DNA of 64,000 nucleotides from NCBI GenBank assembly GCA_965112155.1, contig OZ218102.1; one strand, given 5' to 3'. The translations under genes and the position numbers were made by a program. This stretch comes from Podarcis liolepis (Eukaryota). Positions 12,860-24,594 of this stretch are shown here, piece after piece. The notes beneath the pieces were generated by a model. That model saw nothing but the letters and a program-made list of their open reading frames with translations. It was not told the origin of the DNA and did no database searches. The stretch's first letter is position 1, and the number at the start of each line of letters is the position of its first letter.

Positions 12860-14192
12860 TCTTGCCCCCCCTAAACACTGAGGGGAGTGGGGAGCAGCCC
12901 TTGCCCCCCCCAAACACTGAGGGGTGCGGGGAGCACCCCTTGCCCCCCCAAACACTGAGGGGTGTGGGGAGCACCCCTTGCCCCCCCAAACACTGAGGGG
13001 TGTGGGGAGCACCCCTTGCCCCCAAACACTGAGGAATGGGGGGAGCACCCCTTGTCCCGCAAACACTGAGGGGTGGGGGGGAGCACCCTTCCCCCCCAAA
13101 CACTGAGGGGTGTGGGAGTACCCCTTGCCCCCCCAAACACTGAGGGGTGGAGGGAACACCCCTTGCCCCCCCAAACACTGAGGGGTGGAGGGAGCACCCC
13201 TTGTCCCCCCAAACACTGAGGGGTGGAGGGAGCACCCCTTGTCCCACAAACACTGAGGGGTGGGGGAGCACCCTTCTCCCCCCAAACACGGGTGGAGGAA
13301 ACACCCCTTGCCCCCCCAAACACTGAGGAATGGGGGGAGCACCCCTTCCCCCCAAACACTATGGGGTGGGGGAGCACCCCTTGCCCCCAAACACTGAGGG
13401 GTGGGGGGAGCACCCCTTGCCCCCAAACACTGAGAGGTGGGGGAGCACTCTTTGCCCCCCCAAACACTGAGGGGTGGAGGGCGCACCCCTTGCCCCCCAA
13501 ACACTGAGGGGTGGGGGGAGCACCCCTTGCCCCCAAACACTGAGGGGTGGGGGGAGCACCCCTTGCCCCCAAACACTGAGGGGTGGGGGAGCACTCTTTG
13601 CCCCCCCAAACACTGAGGGGTGGAGGGCGCACCCCTTGCCCCCCCAAACACTGAGGAATGGGGGGAGCACCCCTTCCCCCCAAACACTATGGGGTGGGGG
13701 AGCACCCCTTGCCCCCAAACACTGAGGGGTGGGGGGAGCACCCCTTGCCCCCAAACACTGAGGGGTGGGGGAGCACTCTTTGCCCCCCCAAACACTGAGG
13801 GGTGGAGGGCGCACCCCTTGCCCCCCAAACACTGAGGGGTGGGGGGAGCACCCCTTGCCCCCAAACACTGAGGGGTGGGGGGAGCACCCCTTGCCCCCAA
13901 ACACTGAGGGGTGGGGGAGCACTCTTTGCCCCCCCAAACACTGAGGGGTGGAGGGCGCACCCCTTGCCCCCCAAACACTGAGGGGTGGGGTAGCACCCTT
14001 TGCCCCCCCCAAACACAGAGGGGTGGAGGGAACACCCCTTGCCCCCCAAACACTGAGGGTGGGGGGAGCACCCCTTGCGCCCCAAACACTGAGGGGTGGA
14101 GGAGCATCCTTTGCCCCCCCAAAACACTGAGGGGTGGGGGGCGCACCCCTTGTCCCGCAAACACTGAGGGGTGTGGGGCGCACCCCTTGCCC
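12860..14192. repeat. GC-rich minisatellite, ~36-37 bp unit, about 36 copies
   Basis: Unit AAACACTGAGGGGTGGGGGGAGCACCCCTTGCCCCC(C) tandemly repeated with variant units. Confidence 0.97.
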
Positions 14193-14287
14193 CCTCCCGC
14201 CCCCAGAGGCTCTTGGGGGCTCCTCCTCCCATATATTCGGGGGCGCAGCCCTCCCTCCCTGTCCCCCCCCGGTCCCCCTCTCCTCAC

Positions 14288-14594
14288 CGGCCTGCGTGGT
14301 GTCGCTGAGGTCGTGGCTGGCGGCGCTGCCCCGCGGGTAGTCCCTCAGCTTCCTGCCGCTCAGGCTGAGGGCGCCGCTGGCCGCCGCCTCCTCCAGCGCC
14401 CGCTCCAAGGAGCGCGTCCACGACGACGGGCCCGCCGAAGAGGCAGCAGCGCCTCCGCCGCCCCCCGAACCCAGGCCCGCTCCTCCTCCCCCCGGCATGA
14501 GCGCCCCGGAGACCCCGCCGGAGCAGCCGCTGCTTCCTCCGCCCGCGCCGCCGCCGCCGCCCTCCGACGCCGCCGCCAGCACCGCGGCCGCCAT
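14288..14594 (-). CDS. LRCH3: LRCH3 (leucine-rich repeat and calponin homology domain protein 3), coding exon 1; rest of gene lies left of the window
   Basis: MAAAVLAAAS...SWTRSLERALEEAAASGALSLSGRKLRDYPRGSAASHDLSDTTQA matches the LRCH N-terminus. Phase-1 donor G|GTGAG at 14287. Position next to FYTTD1/RUBCN identifies the paralog as LRCH3. Confidence 0.92.
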
Positions 14595-14890
14595 TTCCCC
14601 CACCCCCCGCGCTCTCCTCCCTCAGGAGCCCCGCCAAGCTGCGCATGCTCCGCGGAAGCAGCCGGCCGGGGAAAGGGAGGGGAGGAGGGCCGGGCGGAAG
14701 CGCGCGCTGAGGGCGACACGGAAGGGGAACGCGCCTGCGCGGAGGAAGGACCCGGGCGGCTGCAGGGAAAGGGGCGGGGCGAGGACAAGGGCGTCTTCCC
14801 AGTTAGACCCGAACTGGAGGCTTTTTCTCTTTCTGCTGAACTACAACTCCCGTCATGCCGCGCTGGGGCTGATGGGAGTTGGAGTCCCAC
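14290..14890 (-). promoter_or_regulatory. LRCH3 CpG island/promoter
   Basis: CpG-dense. YY1-like AAATGGCGGC over the ATG, NRF1-like TGCGCATGC at ~14640, several CGGAAG (ETS), GC box GGGGCGGGGC at 14771, ZNF143-like GAACTACAACTCCC at 14838. Confidence 0.8.
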
Positions 14891-15638
14891 AAGCTCATTT
14901 TTCTGGCTTTTAAGTTATTTTTTAAAGCAGTTTTTGTACTGAGTTTCCATGCTGTAAACCTACCCAGTGATGGGCGGGAAGCAAATAAATAAATAAAAAA
15001 TATTTTTTTTAAAAAAATTAAATAAATAGCCAAAGGCCATGGCAATTCCATGCAATCATAAAGTAAGTTAAATAAATAAAAAGATCTACAGGTTGCCAAC
15101 TTCTGACGCACCTTTTCGCCCCCATGAGTGAAGTGGTGTATTATTTTGAACAGTGCAAATAGTTGTGTCATTTGGGGTTTTTGTGTGTTTGCGTCTATCG
15201 TTCATTTATTGCAATGCATAAAATATTGTTTATTTTTGTAAACCATCTTTCCACCCTTTGGAGCACACATAGTCATAACAACCAATAATTAAAATAACCA
15301 CCAATAATTAAAATGCCGAAAACAAAAAAACCGAATGCAGCAGACAATAATATTGGAACTTTAAAGAATTCCTTATTTCCAGTTATGTCCCACGGCAAAC
15401 AAGTGCATCTTCGATCAACGACGGAACCTGGTCAATGAGGGAGTCCAACCAAACTTCCCCAGTGGGGCACCACCACCAAGAAAGCCCTACTTTGCATGAA
15501 CTACGCCCATCAGTGGCACTACAAAGAGGACCTCCCCACTGATCTCAAAGCATGAGCCGGCAGTTGAGGGGAATATATCAAAAAGCCGCAGCTATTCCAA
15601 CCCTGACACCCTTATCCAGAAAACTGTATCTACAGTTA

Positions 15639-16000
15639 AAGGTAAAGGTACCCCTGCCCATACGGGCCAGTCGTGTCCGACTTTAGGGTTGTACGCCCAT
15701 CTCACTTAAGAGGCCGGGGGCCAGCGCTGTCCGGAGACACTTCCGGGTCACGTGGCTAGCGTGACGAAGCTGCTCTGGCAAGCCAGCACCAGCGCAGCAC
15801 ACGGAAACGCTGTTTACCTTCCCGCTATAGAGCGGTACCTATTTATCTACTTGCACTTAGGGGTGCTTTCGAACTGCTAGGTGAGTAGGAGCTGGGACCG
15901 AAAGATGGGAGCTCTCCCCGCCGTGGGGATTTGAACCGCCGACCATACGATCGGCAAGTCCTAGGCACTGAGGTTTTACCCACAGCGCCACCCGCGTCCC
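15639..16000 (-). mobile_element. Sauria SINE, full length
   Basis: tRNA-like head GGGACGCGGGTGGCGCTGTGG, (ACCTTT)n tail, 14-bp TSD TGTATCTACAGTTA. Confidence 0.92.
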
Positions 16001-16408
16001 TGTATCTACAGTTATTGTGAATAAAAAGCCCTGTAATCATAAGGCTTATACCACTTAACCTGAGTGGTGTAAAATGTGACAAGAATGGCACAGCTGCATC
16101 CCTTTGCATTACTAGGTCAACAGAATTTAATTGAATAAGGGGGCAAACCAATGGCAAGATCTGCCAAGATGAGCAGCTTAGGATGCGGATCTCTGGCTCA
16201 GGCTGCATTAAGCCCCTAACCTTCACTCTGCTGAAAATACTTCTGCATACTGTAACCTGCTCAGCTGACTGGGACGAGGTCCGAGTGGTCAGACCAGAGA
16301 GAATCCCTAAACCCATTCATCTTCGTCAAGTGACTTGTGGACATCAGTATTTTCAAGGCTTGCTTTCCCTCTGCCAAGGTCAGGCAGCAGCAGCAATCCT
16401 ACCTTATT

Positions 16409-16660
16409 GAAGAAGAGGAGGAGGAGTTTGGATTTGATACCCCGCCTTTCACTCCCCTTCAGGAGTCTCAAAGCGGCTAACAATCTCCTTTCCCTTCCTC
16501 CCCCACAACAAACACTCTGTGAGGTGAGTGGGGCTGAGAGACTTCAAAGAAGTGTGACTGGCCCAAGGTCACCCAGCAGCTGCAGGTGGAGGAGCAGGGA
16601 AGCGAACCCGGTTCCCCAGATTACATGACTACTGCTCTTAACCACTACACCACACTGGCT
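16409..16660 (-). mobile_element. tRNA-derived SINE (Squam3-like)
   Basis: Head AGCCAGTGTGGTGTAGTGGTTAAGAGC...GGTTCG; (TCC/TTC)n tail; closely similar to the 59335 copy. Confidence 0.85.
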
Positions 16661-17014
16661 CACAATTGCATCTGAATGTCACCCTCCAACTGGGATTCAA
16701 CTCTGCATTAGTTTTGATAAAGCAATAACTGTAGGATTCCCCCCCCAAAGGCCTAAACCTGTAGGCTAACCCCTGCACAACCTTGCCCCTTAGCCTTTTC
16801 TCATGAGGATCCTCCTTGGTTAGCTGTTCATTTTGGGAATTTACACGGGGTTAAAACATCAAAAGGCTTTTCACACTGGCCAGGCTTAAAACATGCTGCC
16901 TTCTCAATTGCTTTGGGTAGAGATGCTGGTATTCCTCTCTCCATGAAAGTTTGTCTTTGCAATAATCAGGAGGTGGGAACATGCTATTTTGCAGATTATT
17001 ACCCCTTTAAAAAA

Positions 17015-17363
17015 GGGACATGGGTGGCGCTGTGGGTTAAACCACAGAGCCTAGGACTTGCCAATCAGGTCGGCAGTTCGAATCCCCGCAACGGGGTGAG
17101 CTCCCGTTGCTCGGTCCCTGCTCCTGCCAAACCTAGCAGTTCGAAAGCACGTCATGTGCAAGTAGATAAATAGGTACCACTCTGGCGGGAAGGTAAAGGG
17201 CGTTTCCGTGCGCTGCTCTGGTTCGCCAGAAGCGGCTTAGTCATGCTGGCCACATGCCATGGAAGCTGCACGCCAGCTCCCTCGGCCAGTAAAGCGAGAT
17301 GAGCGCTGCAATCCCAGAGTCGGTCATGACTGGACCTAATGGTCAGGGGTACCTTTACCTTTA
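17015..17363 (+). mobile_element. Sauria SINE, full length
   Basis: A/B boxes (TGGCGCTGTGG, GTTCGAATCC) and ACCTTT tail. Confidence 0.92.
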
Positions 17364-17584
17364 TGAGAATAAGGGGACAGTTGAAAGCAGTAATGCTTAT
17401 GGTATACCAGTCATTAGAACAACATTATTTGCATTTTTCTGGCACAGATCACGAGTTAAGATCATTGTGAAGAGTGGAGCGTTAAACATGTATTCCTGAT
17501 TTAAGTACTAAGTTGGCCTTTGTTGAAGAATATGGAGCTGCAAAATTCATATCAAAGTACACACAAATGCAAACTTGTAACACT

Positions 17585-17590
17585 TTTATT
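17585..17590 (-). terminator. Candidate polyadenylation signal (AATAAA) for FYTTD1
   Basis: TTTATT on the plus strand at the end of a ~1.6-kb AT-rich, repeat-poor stretch downstream of the stop codon. Not confirmed by transcript data. Confidence 0.4.
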
Positions 17591-19175
17591 TTTAAAAAGT
17601 CCAACAGCTTTAGAATAGATCCAAATGTATTAACTTCTCCAAAAAAAAAAAATACCCAAAGGTAGAGTTTAAAGCATATTCTCCTTAAATACAAACTAGC
17701 TCTCTTGAGATGCATTGCATCAATGTTTTGCATCCATGTTGATGCAAAAGGGTTTTTTTTTTTAAGTACATCCTGGTAGAAACCAAACACAGGATGATCA
17801 TAAGCATATTTATCTACTTCATTTCTAATGGACTTCAACAGAATCCCTACTAACCGAGTAAAAAACAACAACACAAAAGGAGCTTTAATATTCCATTTTT
17901 TCCCATTGCAAAGGTATAGAAGGTATTTCAAATAATTAAAAACAAAAGATGATGAACATTAAATTGTCATGGAGGCATGACTACATAAAAACTGCTCTAA
18001 AGGCAGCCTTGCTACTGCCAAATATTTGTTTTGATCTCCACAATAAACTATTTTTTAAAAGAAATGTCAAAGAAAAACAAAGATCAAGTTACATATATCA
18101 GGTTTCTGAGACTGAGCAAACCTGGCCTCCTTTTACCTAGGTGTGCCTCCCAACACACCCACTATGGACATTTTAAATCCAGGAAGTAGGAGCTGTCCTC
18201 ACAGGCAATTATGTTGAAACCAAAATCCAGCGCACATGAAGTTTGTTTGTGTGTGTGTGTGGCGACACCACCACTTTTGATCCCTTGAAGCAACAGGAAG
18301 GTGCCTTGAACTTCACAATGCTCACCTGGTGGGTCTGCCACTAGGTATACGAGTCACAAAAGTGCCACATTTGTACAACACAACAGAGCGACAACCAAAA
18401 TAACTGATCCGGTAACAATGAATGGTCATCAAAGCATCGTTTCAGCCGATGAATATCTGAAGCAAACTCACAGCTTTAAAAAAAAGAGAGGGGGGGAAAT
18501 AGCTTGTATGCACCCTGTATGGTCCTTTCTCGGGGATGTGGACTAGGTTCTTGCTGTGGCCTCATGTGAGGCCCTTGTTCTATCACTTAAGGGGACGAGA
18601 ATGACCGCTATGCCTTTTCATCGCCAAGAAAAGCTGGATTCTTACTTGCTGCCTCGGATGCCAAACAATTTAGCTTCTAGTGCCAGGTGAACTGCAGAGC
18701 TTGAGTGAAAGAAAGATCTCTGAGCCGAAGTAACGGAAAGGCGAGCAGCGGCAGCACTCAAGTGCTGTCCGCTGCAAACGTTTTAAGCAAATTTCGGCAG
18801 CCAGGGGCACAAAATGAAAAGACACAGCTTTGCAAGAGCAGGTGGAGCAAAGACTGACCCCTGCATTAATCACCACCTCTGTCGGCTGCTTAAGAAACCA
18901 AAATAAGAACAACTGGCTTTGTCCCCCCCCTCGTCCAGGAGCTTATGTGGACCCTTGCAGTCTAAACAACAGGACGCTGTTGTCCAAGCAACACTGAATT
19001 TTCTCTTTTTATGGTCCACTATCATGTGAGGGTGTTCTCTTTTTAACTATTCAGAGTAGAAGCCGTCTAAAAACAAAATTCAGTTTATCAGTATCTTGAC
19101 ACAAAGTCCAACTTATTCTTCGGCCCACTGCTAGTTCAGTTCCTTAGAAAGATAGGGTTCCCCTGAACAGGCCCT

Positions 19176-19271
19176 CTAGCCCACAGTCACGAAACGGCTG
19201 CCTTTGTTCTGGGAGAGAGCCGTTCTCTGCTCCTTCAGGATCCCAAAGCGCTCGTTGAGGGTCATGTTTGT
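19176..19271 (-). CDS. FYTTD1: FYTTD1 terminal coding exon 9
   Basis: [31 protein letters not shown] matches the UIF C-terminus; stop TAG at 19178-19176. Confidence 0.94.
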   Translation of the reverse strand, partial: TNMTLNERFGILKEQRTALSQNKGSRFVTVG

Positions 19272-20340
19272 CTGTGAACAAAAGAGGACGTAAATCAGTA
19301 CAGCAGCCACCCATCAAGCAGGCCAAAATTATGGTGCCTGGTTAATATTTCAACCAGTTCCCCTAGTACATTTAGCACACGTGCTAAGCTTCAACTACAG
19401 TGGGGGACCTTGGAGAAGATACGGGTTGGTGGGTTAGGTGAGAAAACAGAAATTAAAGAGTAGTGTTCTAATTGTGTGGAGAGTCTGAAGGTGTTCGGAG
19501 CACTCGCAAGCAGGGTTCGAAATTAGCAGGGCGCCAGGCGCATTTTGCACCTAAAGATTCTCCATTTGCGAGCACCTCCATAAGTCTGGGTGCCGTTTTT
19601 TGCGCCTGGCTGACACCCAAGGATTATTGAAATGTATGTGCTTTGAAACCTCGAAATTTATGCTAAGGATAGACAATATGTTAAGGAGTTTAACATTAAA
19701 GAGTAGAGTGTTTTGAAAACTGAAGTATGGTACCAATATTTTTATAGTGAACACTAAACTAAACATGTATTAACCGTTTCTGCTAAAAATGTGATATTAA
19801 CAATGTGTCACTTATGTGAACTGCATATGTATTAGTTCATGCTTATCAAAATAATAAAAAGTGTTGCCAACGCCCCCAACCCCCAGTAGCGACTAGATGT
19901 TCTGCTTTCGCGCCCACAACCCAGGTCCTAGAAGCCATTTGGCCCCTAGCTCTTCCATGCCAGTTTCTAACACTGCTTGCAAGAAAGCGCAAAGAAGAAC
20001 CCAGCAAGCAGCAGAGGAGACACTGCATTCCTATGCTTTGGGTCACTATCTGGAAGAACCAAACAGGCCCAATGGTCTCCTCCTCTTGACCCTGCAGGGC
20101 CTGACTGGCAGTTTGTTCAGCCTCTCTCCAACCAGGGGCTCCCAAGTGAGGGAACAGGGTTTTTTACTCCAATCCAGCTCCATGGATGGTGCTTCCCACC
20201 AGTCCTCTGCACCCAGCCAGTCCAAGACAGGAACTCGGCTGCTCCGCAATTCCGCGGCAAGATCCAAAGTCCAATAAAGAACCCATGGAGCCCGTTTTAC
20301 TGTCAACAATGCACAACCATTTTATCTGGAAGCAACCAAC

Positions 20341-20467
20341 CTGCTTTCCGACACTGTTGATATCAAACTGCAGCGGGACCCCTTTGGGAATCTTCTTCTC
20401 TTCCGACTGGTCCTTCTTCAAGAGGAAGGGAGGCACGGGAGTGCTGGTCAGCCTTGGCTTCAAAGAA
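20341..20467 (-). CDS. FYTTD1: FYTTD1 coding exon 8
   Basis: [42 protein letters not shown]; 127 nt; AG/GT boundaries. Confidence 0.93.
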
Positions 20468-20709
20468 CTGTGGGAAAAACACATGGCACACTGAACAGGG
20501 TCAACGGAAATGTCGATTTTCACCAAACTGTAAAAGCAGAGGAGACAAACACCACCTATTGCTTCCAAGCTAATAACAACACAGCAAGCACGGGGGTGGA
20601 CCTGGGTGATGAACACAGTTTCTCACCAGCCATGTACTTTTCCTTAGCTCCCACCACTATTCCCATCAACCAGGAGATTCCAGCGCAAGATGAAGCTAAT
20701 TTTACTCAC

Positions 20710-20784
20710 ATGGGGGATGGGACTGCGCCAGGATTGTCAATGGATACAGTCAAAATCCCTCCATTTGTAGTGGATGTCCGCCAT
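20710..20784 (-). CDS. FYTTD1: FYTTD1 coding exon 7
   Basis: WRTSTTNGGILTVSIDNPGAVPSP; ACAG acceptor, GTGAGT donor; 75 nt. Confidence 0.93.
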
Positions 20785-21157
20785 CTGTTTGGGAAAGCAC
20801 AAGACCCAGTTGACCCAGTAAATCCTCTGCTAATATTACATAGTTTTTCTATCCTGCCTTTCATTCAACACAGGAACACAGTGTGTCTCATAACATAAAC
20901 TACACGAAATTGAATATACACATACTATAAGCACAAATCGGAGCCATAAAATAATAATCTCCAGAATCAGCATCAATTTTAAAGACCCAAAGGCTTGGAG
21001 GAACAACCAGTTTTAAACTTGTACCTGGATAGTCCTAATGTGGAAGATGGTCAAAAATCATTCAAAACAGTTTCCATAAGCTATATAAGCACTCATTTCT
21101 CACTAGCTGATGTTTTAACTATGGGTCATAACGTAAACTTTATGATCCCAGGTAAAG

Positions 21158-21289
21158 CAGGATGAGGAAATCTGTGGCCCTCCAATGTTGCTGGACTCCC
21201 ATCAGCCCCAACCAGCATGGCCAATGAGCAGGGCATGATGGGAGTTGTAGTTCAGCAACACCTGGAGGGCCAAAGGTTCCCAAGGACTG
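21158..21289. mobile_element. Short palindromic hAT-like MITE
   Basis: Inverted arms TGGCCCTCCA..TGTTGCTGGACT / AGTTCAGCAACACCTGGAGGGCCA. Confidence 0.65.
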
Positions 21290-21702
21290 AGCTAAAGGGT
21301 GTTCTGAAAAGATCAGCTGTACAGGCAGTTTGCTTCAAATTCCCACTTTAGATAAATTTATTGATAGTGCAAAAGGTCAGACTTAGACAAGCAACAGCCT
21401 TTTTTTATAGGCTACTTGCATTCCTGGCTGCCTTAACCAATCCACCCTGGGCTCAGATGCGGGCACCCTTTTCAGGAGCTCAGCAGTTTGCTTGAAGCTG
21501 TACCAGCAAAGGCCTGAGCAATTTTCCCTTTGCTCGAGGCTGCTCCTCGAGACAACATTTGACAACAGCTGGCCTAGCATGTAAGGCTTTCCTTACCCAA
21601 CAGCCAGACCACCAATGCTAGGACACCAGTTTCTAAAAGCAGAGTGATTTTCAAAAGAATGGGTTTTAAAAAGGATTAGACAAATTCAATGAGTTAAGGC
21701 TG

Positions 21703-22490
21703 CATAGCTGTCAACCGTCCCTTATTTGGCAAGAAACTCCCTTATCCCAGCGCCGTGTCCCACTGCTGTCCCTTATTGATGATGTCCCTTAAATTTCCCG
21801 GATTTCAAAGGAAGCAGCTCCTCTCCCTCCCTGCCGGCCAGGGAGGAGGGAGGCTCCAACTGTGTTGCTTGGCTGCCCGGCCTGCCCCCCTCCAGCCTCC
21901 TCTCACCAGCCTTGGCCCCGGGAGCCCCTCCCCACCGGGACTGAGGAGCCTTGAGAGGAGAGCGAGGGCAACCATAGAGAAAGCAGTCTAGACAGAGGAC
22001 GAGGAGGCGGAGGCGCAGGCAGGTGTTCCAAGGGCTAACCATAGAGGGGGAAAGCGGAGGAAGGACCGCAAGCGCTTCTCCCATAGATTTGTAGTGGTAG
22101 ACTAGCATAGATGGTCTGATCTGCAGGCTTACTTTGGGCGCTATTCCCCCCCCTCTTCCTCCCACCCCACCTGATGGAACTGAGAGCTGCAGATGAAGCA
22201 CGAGAGAAAAGATACAGAACTGCAGCAGCATCTTCATAGCTTAGACTTCGTTTTGCATGAAAAGTGGTTGCTGCTTGTAGTTATTTAATTGCAGTGTTTC
22301 ATCAGCTGGTGTCTGGAGCAGCAACCTCTGGAAACGAAGGGCTAAAAACCGGCGCTGCTCTCCAAAATTATCTGGTCCCTTTTAACTTCGCATTTCAGCT
22401 GGTTAACTAAAATCCCTTATTTTGGCTGCTGATCCCTTATTTTCAAGGCTGCTGGTCCCTTATTTTCAAATCTAGAAGTTGACAGCTATG
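21703..22490. mobile_element. Unclassified non-autonomous DNA transposon (788 bp)
   Basis: Perfect 13-bp TIR CATAGCTGTCAAC, 6-bp TSD AGGCTG, subterminal TCCCTTATT repeats; interrupts a CR1-type 3' fragment. Confidence 0.85.
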
Positions 22491-23736
22491 AGGCTGATGA
22501 TGGCGACTAGCCATGATGACTATGTTCTCCCTTCTCTGTTGGAGGCCCCCTGCGTCTGAATGCCAGCGGCTGTGAATCACAAGCCTCAGATCCTACTTGC
22601 ATGCTTCCCATTGGGGCATCTGCTTGGCCACTGCGAGAACAGGATGCTGGCCTAGAGGGGCCACTGGCCTGGTCCTGTGAGCTCTTACACTTCTTTCAAA
22701 AAGGTTGCAATTCTGCACAGTCTGTTCCTGTGTGGGAGGCCGCTGTCCCTAAACACACGCATGTGCACATCCTTCAGAGCACTTGGGCACTCTCCTTTTC
22801 TGGAAGAAGCTGCTGTTTCCTCTTAGCAAACAAGTCCAAGAAGGAAGGTAGCTTTATCCAGAATGCAGAAGTAGCCACAGCAAAAAGTCCCCTGTTTTAT
22901 AAGAAAACAAATTAGACTGCAATTTTAAGCTACCAACCATTTGAGTGAAAGAGGCAGGTTGGTAGTCAAGATCAGCAGGAGTTCAGGAACCTTCAGGCTG
23001 AGTTTGGTGGCACTGCTCAGCTTATGGTAAGGCTTTCAACAGTGGAATGGGGTAGGAAGCAATTTTTTTTCTGATTTCCCCCTAACTCCTGCAGCTTCCA
23101 CCCCCCCATAAATCTGCTCTACGGGTTTGGGGGATCTTCCAGAGCAGATGGTGCATCACTCAAATTACTTCCCTCCCTTTTCTTCTTCTGCCATCAGAAG
23201 AAACACTGTTTGATACAACCCCTTCCACATTCTCTACCTACTGACAACTGCCTCCTGCTTCCTTCCCCTTCTTCTTCTGTTGCCTGTCCTGTGGCAAGTG
23301 ATAGATTGTAAGCTCCTAGGGGCAGGGACCTGCTCACTTGTACACCACAAAGCACAATGAAACTACTGATTTCAAAATGGCATTGATTTTTTTATTTCTT
23401 AACATTACTCCACAAGGGTGGGTATGAGGCATCTAGTTAACAGATACATACCAGTTACTGAGCAAAAAACTGCCCATTAAACACTGGACTGCTGATATTC
23501 TTATTCTTATTCCCCACCCATCTAGCTGGTTCTCTCCAGCTGCTCTGGGCTGCTTACAGCACATATTCTACAGATCCGAGAGCAGTCAGAGAAGAAAACA
23601 GGGCATTAAAGACCTCTGCTTTCTACAATGCCCAACCAACCAAGTTTCCTCCTTACAAACGCTCTGTTTCTCACTGCCAGCAGCCCAGTCCCAACCTTCA
23701 TTCAACATTTGGGGATGAGTAGCATACTGTCTGGGC

Positions 23737-24100
23737 GGGACACGGGTGGCGCTGTGGTGTAAACCAGAGCCTAGGGCTTGCCGATCAGAAGGTCGGTGGT
23801 TCAAATCCCCGCGACAGAATGAGCTCCTGTTGCTCGGTCCCTGCTCCTGCCAACCTAGCAGTTCGAAAGCACGTCAAAGTGCAAGTAGATAAATAGGTAT
23901 CGCTCCGGCGGGAAGGTAAACGGTGTTTCCGTGCGCTGCTCTGGTTTTGCCAGAAGCAGCTTAGTCATGCTGGCCACATGACCCAGAAAAACTGTCTGCA
24001 GACAAACGTCGGCTCCCTCGGCCAGTAAAGCGAGATGAGCGCCGCAACCCTAGAGTCGTTCGCGACTGGACTTGACTGTCAGGGGTCCTTTACCTTTTTT
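23737..24100 (+). mobile_element. Sauria SINE, full length
   Basis: Same family; 14-bp TSD TAGCATACTGTCTG (23720-23733 / 24101-24114). Confidence 0.92.
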
Positions 24101-24532
24101 TAGCATACTGTCTGATCTTATGCATGCTTCAGAAATTCAATGGGGCTGCTCCCAAGTAAAAGTGTACGGAGGACATCTACAAAACCTTCCCCACTTGGAA
24201 AGCAAGTGGCAGGCATACAACAGTTTCATTTTCAGAACTGGTGACATACCGTATTATGACAGCGTGTTCAGAATATGAGACCATCCCTGATTTACACTGG
24301 AAGCCCACCCTTTCTGAAGCTCCCTGCCACCACTGCAGCAGGCCACTGCTCCTGCCTCCCAGCTCAGCAACACCCCAAGGCCACCTCCCAAATCAGACAG
24401 ACATCCAGTGCCCTCAATACGCCCCATGAATATTTGGTTGCAGGGGCCAACGGTGGTCTAAAAAGCCACAGTCTCAACACACATGCACTACTGCCTCCAC
24501 AACTGCTCTGCCAAATAAACTGGAACACTTAC

Positions 24533-24594
24533 GGGCGAGTTCTGTTTGTGACCTGGGCGCTTAGGTCATCTTCTGGATGGACTTGGGCCTGCAC
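24533..24594 (-). CDS. FYTTD1: FYTTD1 coding exon 6
   Basis: VQAQVHPEDDLSAQVTNRTR(P); GCAG acceptor, GTAAGT donor; 62 nt. Confidence 0.9.

Noticed and set aside
12860-14192. CRISPR-like array of ~36-bp repeats
   Set aside because: No unique spacers, no cas genes, eukaryotic context; it is a tandem repeat.
12684-14287. Long ORFs of 180-507 aa in several frames
   Set aside because: They are translations of the stop-poor minisatellite; only 14288-14594 is LRCH3 coding.
13911-14942. 343-aa plus-strand ORF and other ORFs across the LRCH3 CpG island
   Set aside because: Antisense or low-complexity GC-rich open frames with no recognisable protein.
19511-19920. hAT-like left end CAGGGTTCGAAATT in FYTTD1 intron 8
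   Set aside because: No matching right TIR or TSD found; boundaries unsupported.
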